From the NCBI GenBank assembly GCA_964016885.1, contig OZ024744.1, forward strand, positions 95,356,001-95,420,000: 64,000 nt of DNA, written 5' to 3'. This document shows, piece after piece, positions 12,897-26,545 of the stretch. Origin of the DNA: Eledone cirrhosa (taxonomy: Eukaryota). The position numbers and the translations under genes are program-made. Numbering within the stretch: position 1 is the first letter of the stretch; every line of letters starts with the position of its first letter. A model generated the notes under the pieces. That model was not told the origin of the DNA, made no database searches, and was given only the letters and a program-made list of their open reading frames with translations.

Positions 12897-13420
12897 CTTG
12901 CTGCCTCCGTCTCTCTCACTCTCCCCCATCTCTCACTATTATAAGCTCACGCGCTGGCCATGCCGCGGTCTTGGCAGACAGAATAGAGAAGGCATTTCCC
13001 TGGAGGATGATGAGGGAGACGCATTGGAAGGGCCATTCCAGCTCGCAAGGCTCACGCCTGTGGGTAGCCAACTCCGTGTCAATGGTAGTGTGTAGGGAGG
13101 TGACCCTAGGGCCAAAAACACCAGATGTCTCCACCCGCCGGTGTGAGCCTCTCGAACTGGAATGGCTCTTCCAATGCTGTTGCTGATCCTGGTGTCTGTG
13201 GTGTGAAGCAGCTGAGAGGACAAGACTCCCTCCTGGACAGGACGCTAGTCTATTGCAAGGTTAAACCCCCAGCTATTGCTGATGATACTCATTTTCAGCT
13301 GAATATATTGCAGTAACGTGAAATGAAGTGTTTTGCTCAAGAACACAGCACACAGTTGAACCCATCAAATTATGGTCGTAAGTCCAACACCCTTACCACT
13401 AGGCCACACTCCTCCACCTC
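12897..13420 (-). mobile_element. tRNA/CORE-like SINE head (13190-13420) joined to a GC-rich body with a 45-bp internal hairpin
   Basis: The head shares TTCTTGAGCAAAACACTTCATTTCAC with other SINEs here. Inverted repeat at 13021-13065 / 13133-13177. Confidence 0.6.
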
Positions 13421-13460
13421 TACAAACTATAAACTATATTATTGAAATATTTTCTTTTAG

Positions 13461-13587
13461 ATATTTTGGTAAGGAGATTCTTTTCCTGTTGATGGAAAAC
13501 CCAAGTCTAGAACTACAGCTGGAGAAATATCTTCCTTCAGAATCCCTCAATACTATGAAGAGTCAAATAGAGAACTTGAATAAGAAG
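13461..13587 (+). CDS. TOGARAM1: TOGARAM1 exon (end of TOG3)
   Basis: ttttag|A...AAGAAG|gtaagg. Translates (R)YFGKEILFLLMENPSLELQLEKYLPSESLNTMKSQIENLNKK, like vertebrate RYYGRKMLFFMM...LEKYVP...NLQQK. Confidence 0.9.
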
Positions 13588-13649
13588 GTAAGGGGACCAT
13601 TTGTTTTAGTTACTCCTCCACCTCCTCCTTGTTCCTTTTTAGATATAAT

Positions 13650-14860
13650 CATTGTCAGCATTATCATCATCGTCGCCATCATCATCGTCATCATCATCAT
13701 CATCACCAACATGATCATCATCATTATTATATCGCCATCATCATCATCATCATCATTGTCATCATTATTACTATCACCACCACCACCACCACCACCACCA
13801 CCACCACCACCACCACTACCATCATAACCACCATCATCATCACCAACATGATCATCATCATCACCAGCATGATCATCATCATTATTACTGTCACCACCAC
13901 CACCACCACCACCACCACCACCACTACCATCATAACCACCATCATCATCATCATCATTGTCATCATTATTACTATCACCACCACCACCACCACCACCACC
14001 ACCACCACCACCACCACCACTACCATCATAACCACCATCATCATCATCATCATTGCCATCATCTCCATCATCATTGCCATCATCACCATCATCATTGCCA
14101 TCATCACCATCATCATTGCCATCATCACCATCATCATTACCATCATCTCCATCATCATTGCCATCATCACCATCATCATTACCATCATCACCATCATCAT
14201 TGCCATCATCACCATCATCATTGCCATCATCACCATCATCATTGCCATCATCACCATCATTATTGCCATCATCTCCATCATCATTACCATCATCACCATC
14301 ATCATTACCATCATCACCATCATCACCATCATCATTACCATCATCACCATCATCATTGCCATCATCTCCATCATCATTACCATCATCACCATCATCATTG
14401 CCATCATCACCATCATCATTACCATCATCACCATCATCATTGCCATCATCTCCATCATCATTACCATCATCACCATCATCATTGCCATCATCTCCATCAT
14501 CATTACCATCATCACCATCATCATTACCATCATCACCATCATCTCCATCATCATTGCCATCATCATTGCCATCATCACCATCATCATTGCCATCATCACC
14601 ATCATCATTGCCATCATCACCATCATCATTGCCATCATCACCATCATCATTGCCATCATCACCATCATCATTACCATCATCACCATCATCATTGCCACCA
14701 TCACCATCATCATTGCCATCATCACCATCATCATTACCATCATCACCATCATCATTGCCATCATCACCATCATCATTACCATCATCACCATCATCATTAC
14801 CATCATCACCATCATCATTGCCATCATTACCATCATCATTACCATCATCACCATCATCAT
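13650..14860. repeat. Compound (CAT/CAC)n microsatellite with a 21-bp higher-order unit
   Basis: CCATCATCACCATCATCATTG/TTA repeated across ~14055-14860. Abuts the 3' tail of a minus-strand SINE at ~14860-15090. Confidence 0.95.
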
Positions 14861-15529
14861 TTTACATCTGCCTTTTCATGCTGTTGTGGGTTGGATGGGT
14901 TGTTACAGACCAAGTCGGTACTGAACCAGAGCTACTGTGATCCTAGACAGGTCAGAAGACCACATCTCACTTAAATACACTCTTGTTTTGGCATGGTTTT
15001 TTTTTTTTGTTTGGTATGGCTGATTGCTCTCCCTAATGTCAACCGCTTTACAGAGTGTACTGGGTGCATTATATCATGGCACCAGCACTAGAGAGTCCTC
15101 TCAATGCTTTGTCTGACATGGGTATTTTGGAGGGCCTTTTTTTTTAAGTGTGGTGGGGGAGTAGCAGCCCACAACAGACATGTGGTAGAGAGATACATAA
15201 CTGAGTATTTAGGTTGCAATGGCGTTTGATGTGAGACTTGCCAGTATGATAGCAATAAAGTCATAGAAAGCCAGTTGGAATGTTTGTAAAATAGAAATGT
15301 ACTACTTATTGATTGAAAAATTGTTAGTGTTATGACACCCCCCCCCCTCCTATCAGTATTACTGATCTTTGTAACATCTCTAAATAGTAAAAACCTATTT
15401 CTCACCTGTAACATAGAAATGTTCTTGAACTGATTGATTGAGAAATGTTAGTTTTAACGACCCCCTTATCAGTGTCATTGATCTTTGTAAAATATCTAAA
15501 AAGTAAAAACCTATTTCTCTCACCTGCAG

Positions 15530-15615
15530 GGTTTGGTGGAAATGTCTTATGACATATCATCAGCTCCTCATTCAGCTAAGTCTTTGTCGTCATCAAGGAC
15601 AGGATCTGCTGCAAG
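15530..15615 (+). CDS. TOGARAM1: TOGARAM1 exon (TOG3-TOG4 linker)
   Basis: ctgcag|GGT...GCAAG|gtaaac. Translates GLVEMSYDISSAPHSAKSLSSSRTGSAA. Phase 0 in and phase 2 out fit the flanking exons. Confidence 0.82.
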
Positions 15616-16973
15616 GTAAACTTGTGATATTACTGGCTTTTGTTTTTTGTTGTGTTTTTTTTTTGCTTGTTTGTTGTTGTTTGGAGGGCAGGGGATTTTT
15701 ACATTCTATAATGAAACCAATTCTCAAACTGCTCCCCTCCCAGGGTTAAAATAAGGAGATAATCATCAATTTTTAACCATGAAAGTTGTTTTTATAACAT
15801 GATTAATCTAAATAATAAAGAAAATAATAAAAATAATAATTATAAATAGTCAACCATAATAATACACCATTTGTGATATATACGTATGTAGTTGATAACT
15901 GGGCAAAAAGAGTACTCAATACAAAAGTAGAATTTAAATATTCATTTTATTAAGGTTAAATACTGAGTCTGTGATAAGCAGGCGAAACTCAAGAAGTAAC
16001 AAGACTCCCTATTTAGCCTTAACAAAATGAATATATATATGTGTGTGTGTCTGTGTGTGTGTGTGTATAAATATATATATACGCACACATGCACACATAT
16101 ATCCATGCATGTGCGTGTGTGTATAACTATTTAAAATTTGTCTGTCATACATACATATAGTACATTTCCTATATCAGTCATATTACAACAAGTTGTTAAG
16201 TTTGCATTCCAATCACAAAGTCCTAGGTTCTAACAATCACAAAGTCCTAGGTTCTAAATCCTACACTTGTCCCTGTAAATAGTTATTTCTCTAAAGTTGC
16301 TCATACATTTAATCCTCTCATGTCATTTGTACATATATGTTAAATATTTATGCAATTATGTCTCAGAAATAAATTATCAACATATTCTTATTTTTAATCA
16401 CTTCCACATGCCAGTAATCAATATATACTATAGGGTTTCTCTTATGCAAACCATTAATTGATCAAACCACAAATTTCCCATATTGTCCATATATCCAGTA
16501 ATTGTATCATTGTCCATATATCCAGTAATTCTGGTATATATATTGCATACCAATCATGGACTCCAAAAATGGACTGCACTGGTCCACTAGCAATAAAAAA
16601 ACAAAACACAGCTAGTATTTTTTATTGTATGATAATATGGTAGTTTTTTATATTAGATACAGTGGCAGGACTATTTTTTTTTAAATCCTGCTAGAAACAT
16701 TGCAAATTAATCTTTTCTCAAAAAGAAAACCTCGTATTTTATATATAGTTAAGGATGTTATATAATGTAGTATATGGATCTCTCCTCTGTGACTCTTAGT
16801 GTAAAGTCAAGAAGAGAGACGGATCCAGTGGTGTCTGGGTGCACGAGCTAAAAATTCACATGTGCATCTATGTCTTTGAAGATGTTGGAAATCTTACCAG
16901 CTTCTTCATGTGCAGAACTATTTAATTCTTGTTGACAATCAAATATGAATTTAAAATGACTGGTATATAACTT

Positions 16974-17300
16974 TTAACGTACTGTACCATGTAAAACCAC
17001 ATTAGCAAGACATTCTTGAAAAATACAGAACAACACTATGATTGTATCACATTCAAAATGAAAGTCTTTAATACTAAAAACTTTCACAATGATCTGTCTG
17101 CTAGTAAATATACTATAAACATTTGAATTAACAAACCACATTAACAGGACATTCTTGAAAAGTACAAAACAGCACTATGATTGTATCACATTAAATATTA
17201 GCCTTTATGTTAATCTAATACTGCAAATTTTCACAACAATCTGTCCTCTAATAAAGATACTATAAACATTTGAATTAACAGACATGGTTTTAGATGTTAA
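16974..17300 (+). mobile_element. Dispersed TTAA-bounded element sharing the 85-bp satellite unit (putative MITE)
   Basis: Starts TTAACGTACTGTACCATG. Contains CATTCTTGAAAAGTACAAAACAGCACTATGATTGTATCACATTAA and the TCTGTC..AGTAAAGATACTATAAACATTTGAATTAAC module also seen at 8520-8750 and 44150-44350. Confidence 0.55.
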
Positions 17301-17436
17301 AAGATAAAGATTTGTTTACGTAGCTAAAATTTATTTATTTTATAAAGTATGATTAACCCTTAATTATTAAATATCCTCTGTATAAGTATATTTTTTTTTA
17401 AATTTATACAACCATGATTTTCTTATCCTATTGCAG

Positions 17437-17626
17437 TTTATTAAATGTTCAAGCAAGTGTAAAGCGCCCTATGTCATATAAGAATAATGAAATGGTACAG
17501 GAAGAAATAAAAGAAATGAACAAACACCTTTCTGCTAATGACTGGCGTGTTCGACAGAAAGGTCTAGAAAATTTCAAAGAATTATGTGATTCAAATCCTA
17601 AGATTATTTCAACGAATATCACTCAG
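17437..17626 (+). CDS. TOGARAM1: TOGARAM1 exon (start of TOG4)
   Basis: ttgcag|T...ACTCAG|gtttgt. Translates LLNVQASVKRPMSYKNNEMVQEEIKEMNKHLSANDWRVRQKGLENFKELCDSNPKIISTNITQ, with the TOG HEAT-A DWRVR motif. Confidence 0.9.
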
Positions 17627-17739
17627 GTTTGTTTCTCCTTCCTGCTAAGTCTTCCAATTCGAAGCACCACATGTTCATTTTCCCAGCAGTCATCTTCACA
17701 TGTACATACATGACCGGACTCGTATGTCATTGATTTCTT

Positions 17740-20700
17740 ACAGTTTAGAATAGGTACACCATATCACTATGTGTCTATCTGGTTTACAATAGGTACACTG
17801 TAACTCTGTATGTTGTAAGTCTGTGTGTATCTGGTTTAGAATAGGTACACTATATCCCTGTGTGTATCTGGTTTACAATAGGTACATTCTATCCCTGCGT
17901 TGTATGTCTGTGTATATCTGGTTTAGAATAGGTACACTGTATCCCTGTGTGTTGTATGTCTGTGTATATCTGGTTTACAATAGGTACACTGTATCCCTGT
18001 GTTGTATGTCTGTGTATATCTGGTTTACAATAGGTACACTGTATCTCTGTGTTGTATGTCTGTGTATATCTGGTTTACAATAGGTACACTGTATCCCTGT
18101 GTTGTATGTCTGTGTATATCTGGTTTACAATAGGTACACTGTATCCCTGTGTTGTATGTCTGTGTATATCTGGTTTACAATAGGTACACTGTATCCCTGT
18201 GTTGTATGTCTGTGTATATCTGGTTTACAATAGGTACACTGTATCCCTGTGTTGTATGTCTGTGTATATCTGGTTTACAATAGGTACACTGTATCTCTGT
18301 GTTGTATGTCTGTGTATATCTGGTTTACAATAGGTACACTGTATCCCTGTGTTGTATGTCTGTGTATATCTGGTTTACAATAGGTACACTGTATCCCTGT
18401 GTTGTATGTCTGTGTATATCTGGTTTACAATAGGTACACTGTATCTCTGTGTTGTATGTCTGTGTATATCTGGTTTACAATAGGTACACTGTATCCCTGT
18501 GTGTTGTATGTCTGTGTGACTGGTTTACAATAGGTACACTGTATCTCTGTGTTGTATGTCTGTGTGTATCTGGTTTACAATAGGTACACTGTATCTCTGT
18601 GTTGTATGTCTGTGTATATCTGGTTTACAATAGGTACACTGTATCCCTGTGTTGTATGTCTGTGTATATCTGGTTTACAATAGGTACACTGTATCTCTGT
18701 GTTGTATGTCTGTGTATATCTGGTTTACAATAGGTACACTGTATCCCTGTGTGTTGTATGTCTGTATATCTGGTTTACAATAGGTACACTGTATCCCTGT
18801 GTTGTATGTCTGTGTGTCTGGTTTACAATAGGTACACTGTATCCCTGTGTTGTATGTCTGTGTGTATCTGGTTTACAATAGGTACACTGTATCTCTGTGT
18901 TGTATGTCTGTGTATATCTGGTTTACAATAGGTACACTGTATCTCTGTGTTGTATGTCTGTGTATATCTGGTTTACAATAGGTACACTGTATTCCTGTGT
19001 TGTATGTCTGTGTGTATCTGGTTTACAATAGGTACCCTGTATCCCTGTGTTGTATGTCTGTGTATATCTGGTTTACAATAGGTACACTGTATCCCTGTGT
19101 TGTATGTCTGTGTATATCTGGTTTACAATAGGTACACTGTATCCCTGTGTGTTGTATGTCTGTGTGTCTGGTTTACAATAGGTACACTGTATCTCTGTGT
19201 TGTATGTCTGTGTGTATCTGGTTTACAATAGGTACACTGTATCTCTGTGTTGTATGTCTGTGTATATCTGGTTTACAATAGGTACACTGTATCCCTGTGT
19301 TGTATGTCTGTGTATATCTGGTTTACAATAGGTACACTGTATCTCTGTGTTGTATGTCTGTGTATATCTGGTTTACAATAGGTACACTGTATCCCTGTGT
19401 GTTGTATGTCTGTATATCTGGTTTACAATAGGTACACTGTATCCCTGTGTTGTATGTCTGTGTATATCTGGTTTACAATAGGTACACTGTATCCCTGTGT
19501 GTTGTATGTCTGTGTGTCTGGTTTACAATAGGTACACTGTATCTCTGTGTTGTATGTCTGTGTATATCTGGTTTACAATAGGTACACTGTATTCCTGTGT
19601 TGTATGTCTGTGTGTATCTGGTTTACAATAGGTACCCTGTATCCCTGTGTTGTATGTCTGTGTATATCTGGTTTACAATAGGTACACTGTATCCCTGTGT
19701 GTTGTATGTCTGTGTGTCTGGTTTACAATAGGTACACTGTATCTCTGTGTTGTATGTCTGTGTATATCTGGTTTACAATAGGTACACTGTATCCCTGTGT
19801 TGTATGTCTGTGTGTATCTGGTTTACAATAGGTACACTGTATCCCTGTGTTGTATGTCTGTGTATATCTGGTTTACAATAGGTACACTGTATCTCTGTGT
19901 TGTATGGCTGTGTATATCTGGTTTACAATAGGTACACTGTATCCCTGTGTTGTATGCCTGTGTATATCTGGTTTACAATAGGTACACTGTATCCCTGTGT
20001 TGTATGTCTGTGTATATCTGGTTTACAATAGGTACACTGTATCCCTGTATTGTATGTCTGTGTATATCTGGTTTACAATAGGTACACTGTATCCCTGTGT
20101 GTTGTATGTCTGTGTGTCTGGTTTACAATAGGTACACTGTATCTCTGTGTTGTATGTCTGTGTATATCTGGTTTACAATAGGTACACTGTATCCCTGTGT
20201 TGTATGTCTGTGTATATCTGGTTTACAATAGGTACACTGTATCCCTGTGTTGTATGTCTGTATATATCTGGTTTACAATAGGTACACTGTATCCCTGTGT
20301 TGTATGTCTGTGTATATCTGGTTTACAATAGGTACACTGTATCCCTGTGTTGTATGTCTGTGTATATCTGGTTTACAATAGGTACACTGTATCCCTATGT
20401 TGTATGTCTGTGTATATCTGGTTTACAATAGGTACACTGTATCTCTGTGTTGTATGTCTGTGTATATCTGGTTTACAATAGGTACACTGTATCCCTGTGT
20501 GTTGTATGCCTGTGTGTCTGGTTTACAATAGGTACACTGTATCTCTGTGTTGTATGTCTGTGTATATCTGGTTTACAATAGGTACACTGTATCCCTGTGT
20601 TGTATGCCTGTGTATATCTGGTTTACAATAGGTACACTGTATCCCTGTGTTGTATGTCTGTGTATATCTGGTTTACAATAGGTACACTGTATCCCTGTGT

Positions 20701-21335
20701 TGTATGTCTGTGTATATCTGGTTTACAATAGGTACACTGTATCCCTGTGTGTTGTATGTCTGTGTGTCTGGTTTACAATAGGTACACTGTATCTCTGTGT
20801 TGTATGTCTGTGTATATCTGGTTTACAATAGGTACACTGTATCCCTGTGTTGTATGTCTGTGTATATCTGGTTTACAATAGGTACACTGTATCCCTGTGT
20901 TGTATGTCTGTGTATATCTGGTTTACAATAGGTACACTGTATCCCTGTGTTGTATGTCTGTGTATATCTGGTTTACAATAGGTACACTGTATCCCTGTGT
21001 GTTGTATGTCTGTGTATATCTGGTTTACAATAGGTACACTGTATCCCTGTGTGTTGTATGTCTGTGTATATCTGGTTTACAATAGGTACACTGTATCCCT
21101 ATGTTGTATGTCTGTGTATATCTGGTTTACAATAGGTACACTGTATCCCTGTGTTGTATGTCTGTGTATATCTGGTTTACAATAGGTACACTGTATCCCT
21201 GTGTTGTATGTCTGTGTATATCTGGTTTACAATAGGTACACTGTATCTCTGTGTTGTATGTCTGTGTGTATCTGGTTTACAATAGGTACACTGTATCCCT
21301 GTGTTGTATGTCTGTGTGTCTGGTTTAGAATAGAT
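17740..21335. repeat. 50-bp-unit minisatellite (~70 units), intronic, highly homogeneous
   Basis: Unit TGGTTTACAATAGGTACACTGTATCCCTGTGTTGTATGTCTGTGTATATC. Confidence 0.97.
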
Positions 21336-21369
21336 ACATGCATGTTCTGTTATTAAATATGCCTATATT

Positions 21370-21714
21370 CACACACATGCACACAAATACCTATACACAT
21401 ATACACTCACAAACACTTACACATGCACATACATATACACCCATATACTTACAGTTGCACATATTCATATACCTGCACATACACACATGTACATACACAC
21501 ACGCACACACACGCACGCACACACATGCATACACATGCACATACTCCCATGTTTTCACTTACACACACACACACACACGCACATTCATACATGCACACAT
21601 ACATACATACATACACACACATACATAAGTACATACATTCATACATACACACACACATACATACACACATACATACACACATACACACACATACATACAC
21701 ACAAACACACACAC

Positions 21715-21765
<51 letters not shown>

Positions 21766-21780
21766 TACACACACACACAT

Positions 21781-21820
<40 letters not shown>

Positions 21821-21909
21821 ACATACATACATACAAATACACATACATACATATATACATACACACACACACACACACACATAGGTACATACATTCATAC
21901 ATACATACA

Positions 21910-21947
<38 letters not shown>

Positions 21948-21952
21948 TACAT
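21370..21952. repeat. (CA)n/(CATA)n compound microsatellite
   Basis: Seen directly. It explains the HT/YI/CV low-complexity ORFs. Confidence 0.95.
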
Positions 21953-22021
21953 TTCTCAGTTTATGTCCGAGTAAATATATGTTTTTTTGTTGTTGTTTTT
22001 TCTTCTCTTTTCTTTCAACAG

Positions 22022-22238
22022 ATCTTTGATAACTTTTTACCTCGGTTACAAGATGCTAACAGTAAGCTGAATTTATCAGCTTTAAAAATATTACTTGATG
22101 TGATACCTATTATCTATCCATCAATGGAACAGGTCATCACCTTGACTGTTAACTATGTCAGCACAAACCTATCCTCCAAAAACATGGAAATTCATAATAT
22201 CACTATAAAAATTTTGGATCTATTAATATATTGGTTAG
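22022..22238 (+). CDS. TOGARAM1: TOGARAM1 exon (TOG4)
   Basis: caacag|ATC...TTAG|gtaagt. Translates IFDNFLPRLQDANSKLNLSALKILLDVIPIIYPSMEQVITLTVNYVSTNLSSKNMEIHNITIKILDLLIYWL, like vertebrate IFDAFKSRLHDSNSKVN...NLNSKN. Confidence 0.92.
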
Positions 22239-22269
22239 GTAAGTTTCTTTGTGGATATTTCATTGGGGC

Positions 22270-22950
<681 letters not shown>

Positions 22951-23062
22951 TGATACCTTATAAGTAATACCTTAAGGTACCCACATTGTGGAGTGCTTAC
23001 ATCTGTTTAAACAAAAATTGGTTGATTGCTTGATCAACCAACATGTGTATATTTGTCTGTGT

Positions 23063-23101
<39 letters not shown>

Positions 23102-23159
23102 AGATTCAATTAATGTTTTTATTTTTATTTATACTTCTTTTTATTTGTTTCATCACTAG

Positions 23160-23243
23160 AACCAAGCATTTTACTCCGACCTTTTACAAACCAAGTCACA
23201 AGTAACGCCCGAAAATGTTCAGAAATTATACCAAAAATTGCTG
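23160..23243 (+). CDS. TOGARAM1: TOGARAM1 exon (TOG4)
   Basis: cactag|AA...GCTG|gtattt. Translates (E)PSILLRPFTNQVTSNARKCSEIIPKIA, like vertebrate LLLQPFC...EKLA. Phase 1 in and phase 1 out. Confidence 0.85.
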
Positions 23244-23624
23244 GTATTTATATTTTTTTTCCTTTTATAAGAAAGCTTTTTGTAAGAAATAGCATTTTTT
23301 TTAATCAAATCCTAGAAAAAAGTCACACGACAAAATAATATTATATTTAAATACTGTAAAAAAAGAGAATTTAATTAAAACAGGAGAAACATATCTATAA
23401 AGATATAGGAAGAAAAAAAGAAGAAAAACATTTACCATATTTCCTGGAGTCAAAGACGCTATTTTTTTCATAAAATAAATCTCAAAAATTTACTATGCAT
23501 CTTGGAAACCGAGGGTTGCGTTTCTCATAGGCATATCCTAACCCCAGAGGAAAATTATTTATGCTAGTCAGTAATCTGAACTCCTGTGTAAGACCTCTCA
23601 ATGAAGTGTATAAATTATATTTAG

Positions 23625-23880
23625 TTAACCCTTTAGCATTTAAACCAGCCATATCCAGCCAGAATTCTCTCACCTCTTTCTGGTCAAACCAGCTGTAACT
23701 GGCCACTCATATTGATATTATGATATTGTTCTCAAAATAAATAATATCAAAATCTCATAGATTCAATATTATGTGGGATAAAGCCTTTCTTTGTCGTTAT
23801 TGATTTTTTTGTTCTTTTCTCTATTTTCCCTTTTTCAATTCCTATATATGATAGTAAATGTAGAGTAATGCAAGGGTTAA
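23625..23880 (+). mobile_element. piggyBac-type MITE family A
   Basis: TTAA|CCCTTTAGCATTT...TAATGCAAGGG|TTAA. Homologous to 24467-24680, 33972-34199 and 45855-46080. Confidence 0.75.
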
Positions 23881-23929
23881 AGTAGTAAATAAACAAAAGT
23901 GTCATAAAAAAAAATTTTTAATTGCACTC

Positions 23930-24323
23930 TCAAGGGCGATGACACACGACCGTGACCTCTTGTGTCACGCAGTAATACAGAAGACCTGACCCCCCATGGT
24001 TACAAGCCCAAGCTGAAGCATATAGACAATATGCCCCCACACCCTCCCACTGCAAAGTGGTCGTGGAGGTGCCACGGCAAAAAAGGACCCAGCCCACACT
24101 GTAAAGTGGTCATGTAGGCGCCACGGAAAAAAAGCACCCAGCACTCACTGTAAATGAGGTTCGTGTTAGGAAGGGCATCCAGCTGTAGAAATCAAGCCAA
24201 AATCAGTTCCCATATGAGCAAGACATGGTCAGCCGACCGGCTACTGCCCACAACAGGACAACCCGTCTAACCCATGCTAGTGTGAAAGAATGGACGTAAA
24301 ACGGTGATGATGATGATGATGAT
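23930..24323 (+). mobile_element. SINE with internal duplications and RTE-type (GAT)n tail
   Basis: ...GTTAGGAAGGGCATCCAGCTGTAGAAA...CCCATGCTAGTGTGAAAGAATGGACGTAAAACGGTGATGATG. Confidence 0.7.
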
Positions 24324-24466
24324 ATATACACAGTCACAAAAATGTATGCCCATATGGCCAGAGTATGGTTGACGAGGCAACTGACGAGTGATATTGTTAC
24401 ATGTTGTGTGTCAATATTGCTGATATTTTCGCTCTCTTCTGACAACCCGATTTTAAGGGAACATTA

Positions 24467-24680
24467 TTAACCCTTTAGCATTTAAACTGGCCATATCCGG
24501 CCAGAATTCTCTAACCTCTTTCTGTTCAAACTGGCTGTAACTTACCATTCATACTGATGTTAAGGTATTGTTCTCAAAATAAATAACATTGAAATTTCAT
24601 AGATTTAATATTATGTGAGATAAAGCCTTTACCAGAAAAATACAATAGTATATATAGAGTAATGTAAATGGTAAAGGGTT
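24467..24680 (+). mobile_element. piggyBac-type MITE family A
   Basis: TTAA|CCCTTTAGCATTTAAACTGGCC...GGTAAAGGG|TTGA; homologous to the 23625 copy. Confidence 0.72.
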
Positions 24681-24959
24681 GAATGACAAAAGAAGTAAAA
24701 CTGCACTATGTTAAAAGGGTTTGCCAGTAAATATTAATAACAAAACTTGTTTCATGTTATTTTTTGTTTCTTTTTTTGTTTCTTTTTTTTTGGTTGTCAA
24801 AATTGGGGTGCGTCTTCAAGGGCAAAGCATGTTCGACGACAGGGAATATGCTAATTTCCAATTTAAACCTCTTTTTCCTAGCCAAAATTGTAACTTTTTT
24901 GCTGACCCCTTTTCCTTGTATATTTTTTTCTTCAACATATTATTATTTTTAGTATGTTA

Positions 24960-25595
24960 GTGTGGTAGATTGGCAAAATGCTTTGCAGTGTTTGGTATGG
25001 TCCTCTACCTTCTGAGTTCAAATCCCACCAAGGACAACTTTGTCTTACATCCTTCAAGGGATCAATAAAATAAAGTACCAGTAAAGTACTGGGGTCGATT
25101 TAATCGACTTTCTCCTCCCCAGAAATTGTTGGTCTTGTACCTGGTTTAGAAAGCGCGTCAGACACCCTACTTTGCAACATAGAGTTACGGCCCTTTACGT
25201 TCTGAGTTCAAATCCCACTGAGGTTAACTTTGCCTTTCGACCTTACAGGGTCGATAAAATAAAGTACCAGTAACACACTGGGATAATTACTGGCCTTGTG
25301 CCAAAAGTAGAAACAGTTATTAGTTTATTATTGGTTGGCTCCTGGTCAGTAGGGATTTATGTAAGAACTTTTTATGAGAGGGCGGTGGACTGGAAATATC
25401 GGTAGAACGTCGGACAACATGCTTTGCGGCATAAAGTTATGCCCCTTTACATTCTGAGTTCAAATCCCGCAGAGGTTAACTTTGCCTTTCATCCCTATGG
25501 GATCAATAAAATAAAGCACCAGTAATGCACTGGGTTGACTTTATTGACTTTCCTCTCTCCCTAAAATTGTTGGCCTTGCACCTAAATCAGAAACT
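24960..25595 (+). mobile_element. Three tandem tRNA-derived SINEs with a Deu/Nin-like central domain
   Basis: Each has a B-box-like GAGTTCAAATCC, then GCCTTTCATCC..GGGGTCGATAAAATAAAGTACCAGT, and a 3' end GGCCTTGTGCC...AGAAA. Confidence 0.75.
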
Positions 25596-25602
25596 ATTAT
25601 GT

Positions 25603-25711
25603 AATACATATAAAAATGAGAAAACTCATTGCTAGAACAGCCATTAAAACAGCTAAACCAGCTGTTTTAATGGCTGTTCTAACAATGAGTTTTCTCATTT
25701 TTATATGTATT
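25603..25711. repeat. 52-bp-arm palindrome with a 5-nt loop
   Basis: AATACATATAAAAATGAG...TAAAACAGCT aaacc AGCTGTTTTA...CTCATTTTTATATGTATT; one mismatch. Confidence 0.92.
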
Positions 25712-25919
25712 TAATCAAATACACTCTCATTTCAACTTGATCAGACACAATATTGTTTTAACATTATGTAATACTTTTCACACCACTTTAATAATGAAAA
25801 TTTTATTTATTTTACTAAATTCCTTCAAATTCTTGGTTATTTTCAAAAATGAACTGAAACACAATAAAAAAAATTGCTAATGAAAGGGTTAACATTTTTT
25901 TCTTTTGTTCTCTTTGCAG

Positions 25920-26179
25920 AGTTAGTAGAAAAAGAATACAAGTTGAAACCAAAACAAATGGAAATGTACATTTTGCCATTAGTACTTCATCTTATTAACT
26001 GTGTTAACAGTAGTGCGACTGTTCAGGGCGGCAATTGCAACTTGAGACGGGCAACTACTCATCTGATATGCATTCTAAACCAACAGATGGGGCATTCATT
26101 GATGGATAAGTTCTCTCAACTGGTCGGAGTTACTACCAGACATCAGCAATACCTCCAGGAGGTTATAAATATTACCTGA
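25920..26179 (+). CDS. TOGARAM1: TOGARAM1 last coding exon
   Basis: ttgcag|AG...TGA. Translates (E)LVEKEYKLKPKQMEMYILPLVLHLINCVNSSATVQGGNCNLRRATTHLICILNQQMGHSLMDKFSQLVGVTTRHQQYLQEVINIT*, like vertebrate GGNIRTATAKL...QMGQNLL. Confidence 0.92.
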
Positions 26180-26539
26180 AGAATTATTTAAAGAATTCTT
26201 TTTTTAATCGGGACACAACAATATTAATAACAACAACAAAAGAACCAGTAAGATTTAGAGAAAGGAAAAAAAAATGACTATTTTTTTAAAACTAATGCAC
26301 ATGATTGAATTTTATCTTTTTTTTTTTTTTTAATCAAATCTGACACACATTTATATTAATTATAAAAACTAACGTAATATACAGAAATTTAATTTATAAA
26401 TACAAATGGTAGTGATATAATGAAAAAAAAAAATAATCCCTTTCTGAAGTGATCATATAAGTCGATGGCTTGAGAAAACAAATGTAATTATGATAGTTCA
26501 TGCAGGTGAGTTCAGTTTATATATAGCTTATCTGTGAAG

Positions 26540-26545
26540 AATAAA
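26540..26545 (+). promoter_or_regulatory. Candidate polyadenylation signal of TOGARAM1
   Basis: AATAAA ~360 nt after the stop, followed by a T-rich stretch and a genomic A26 run at 26571-26596. Confidence 0.35.
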
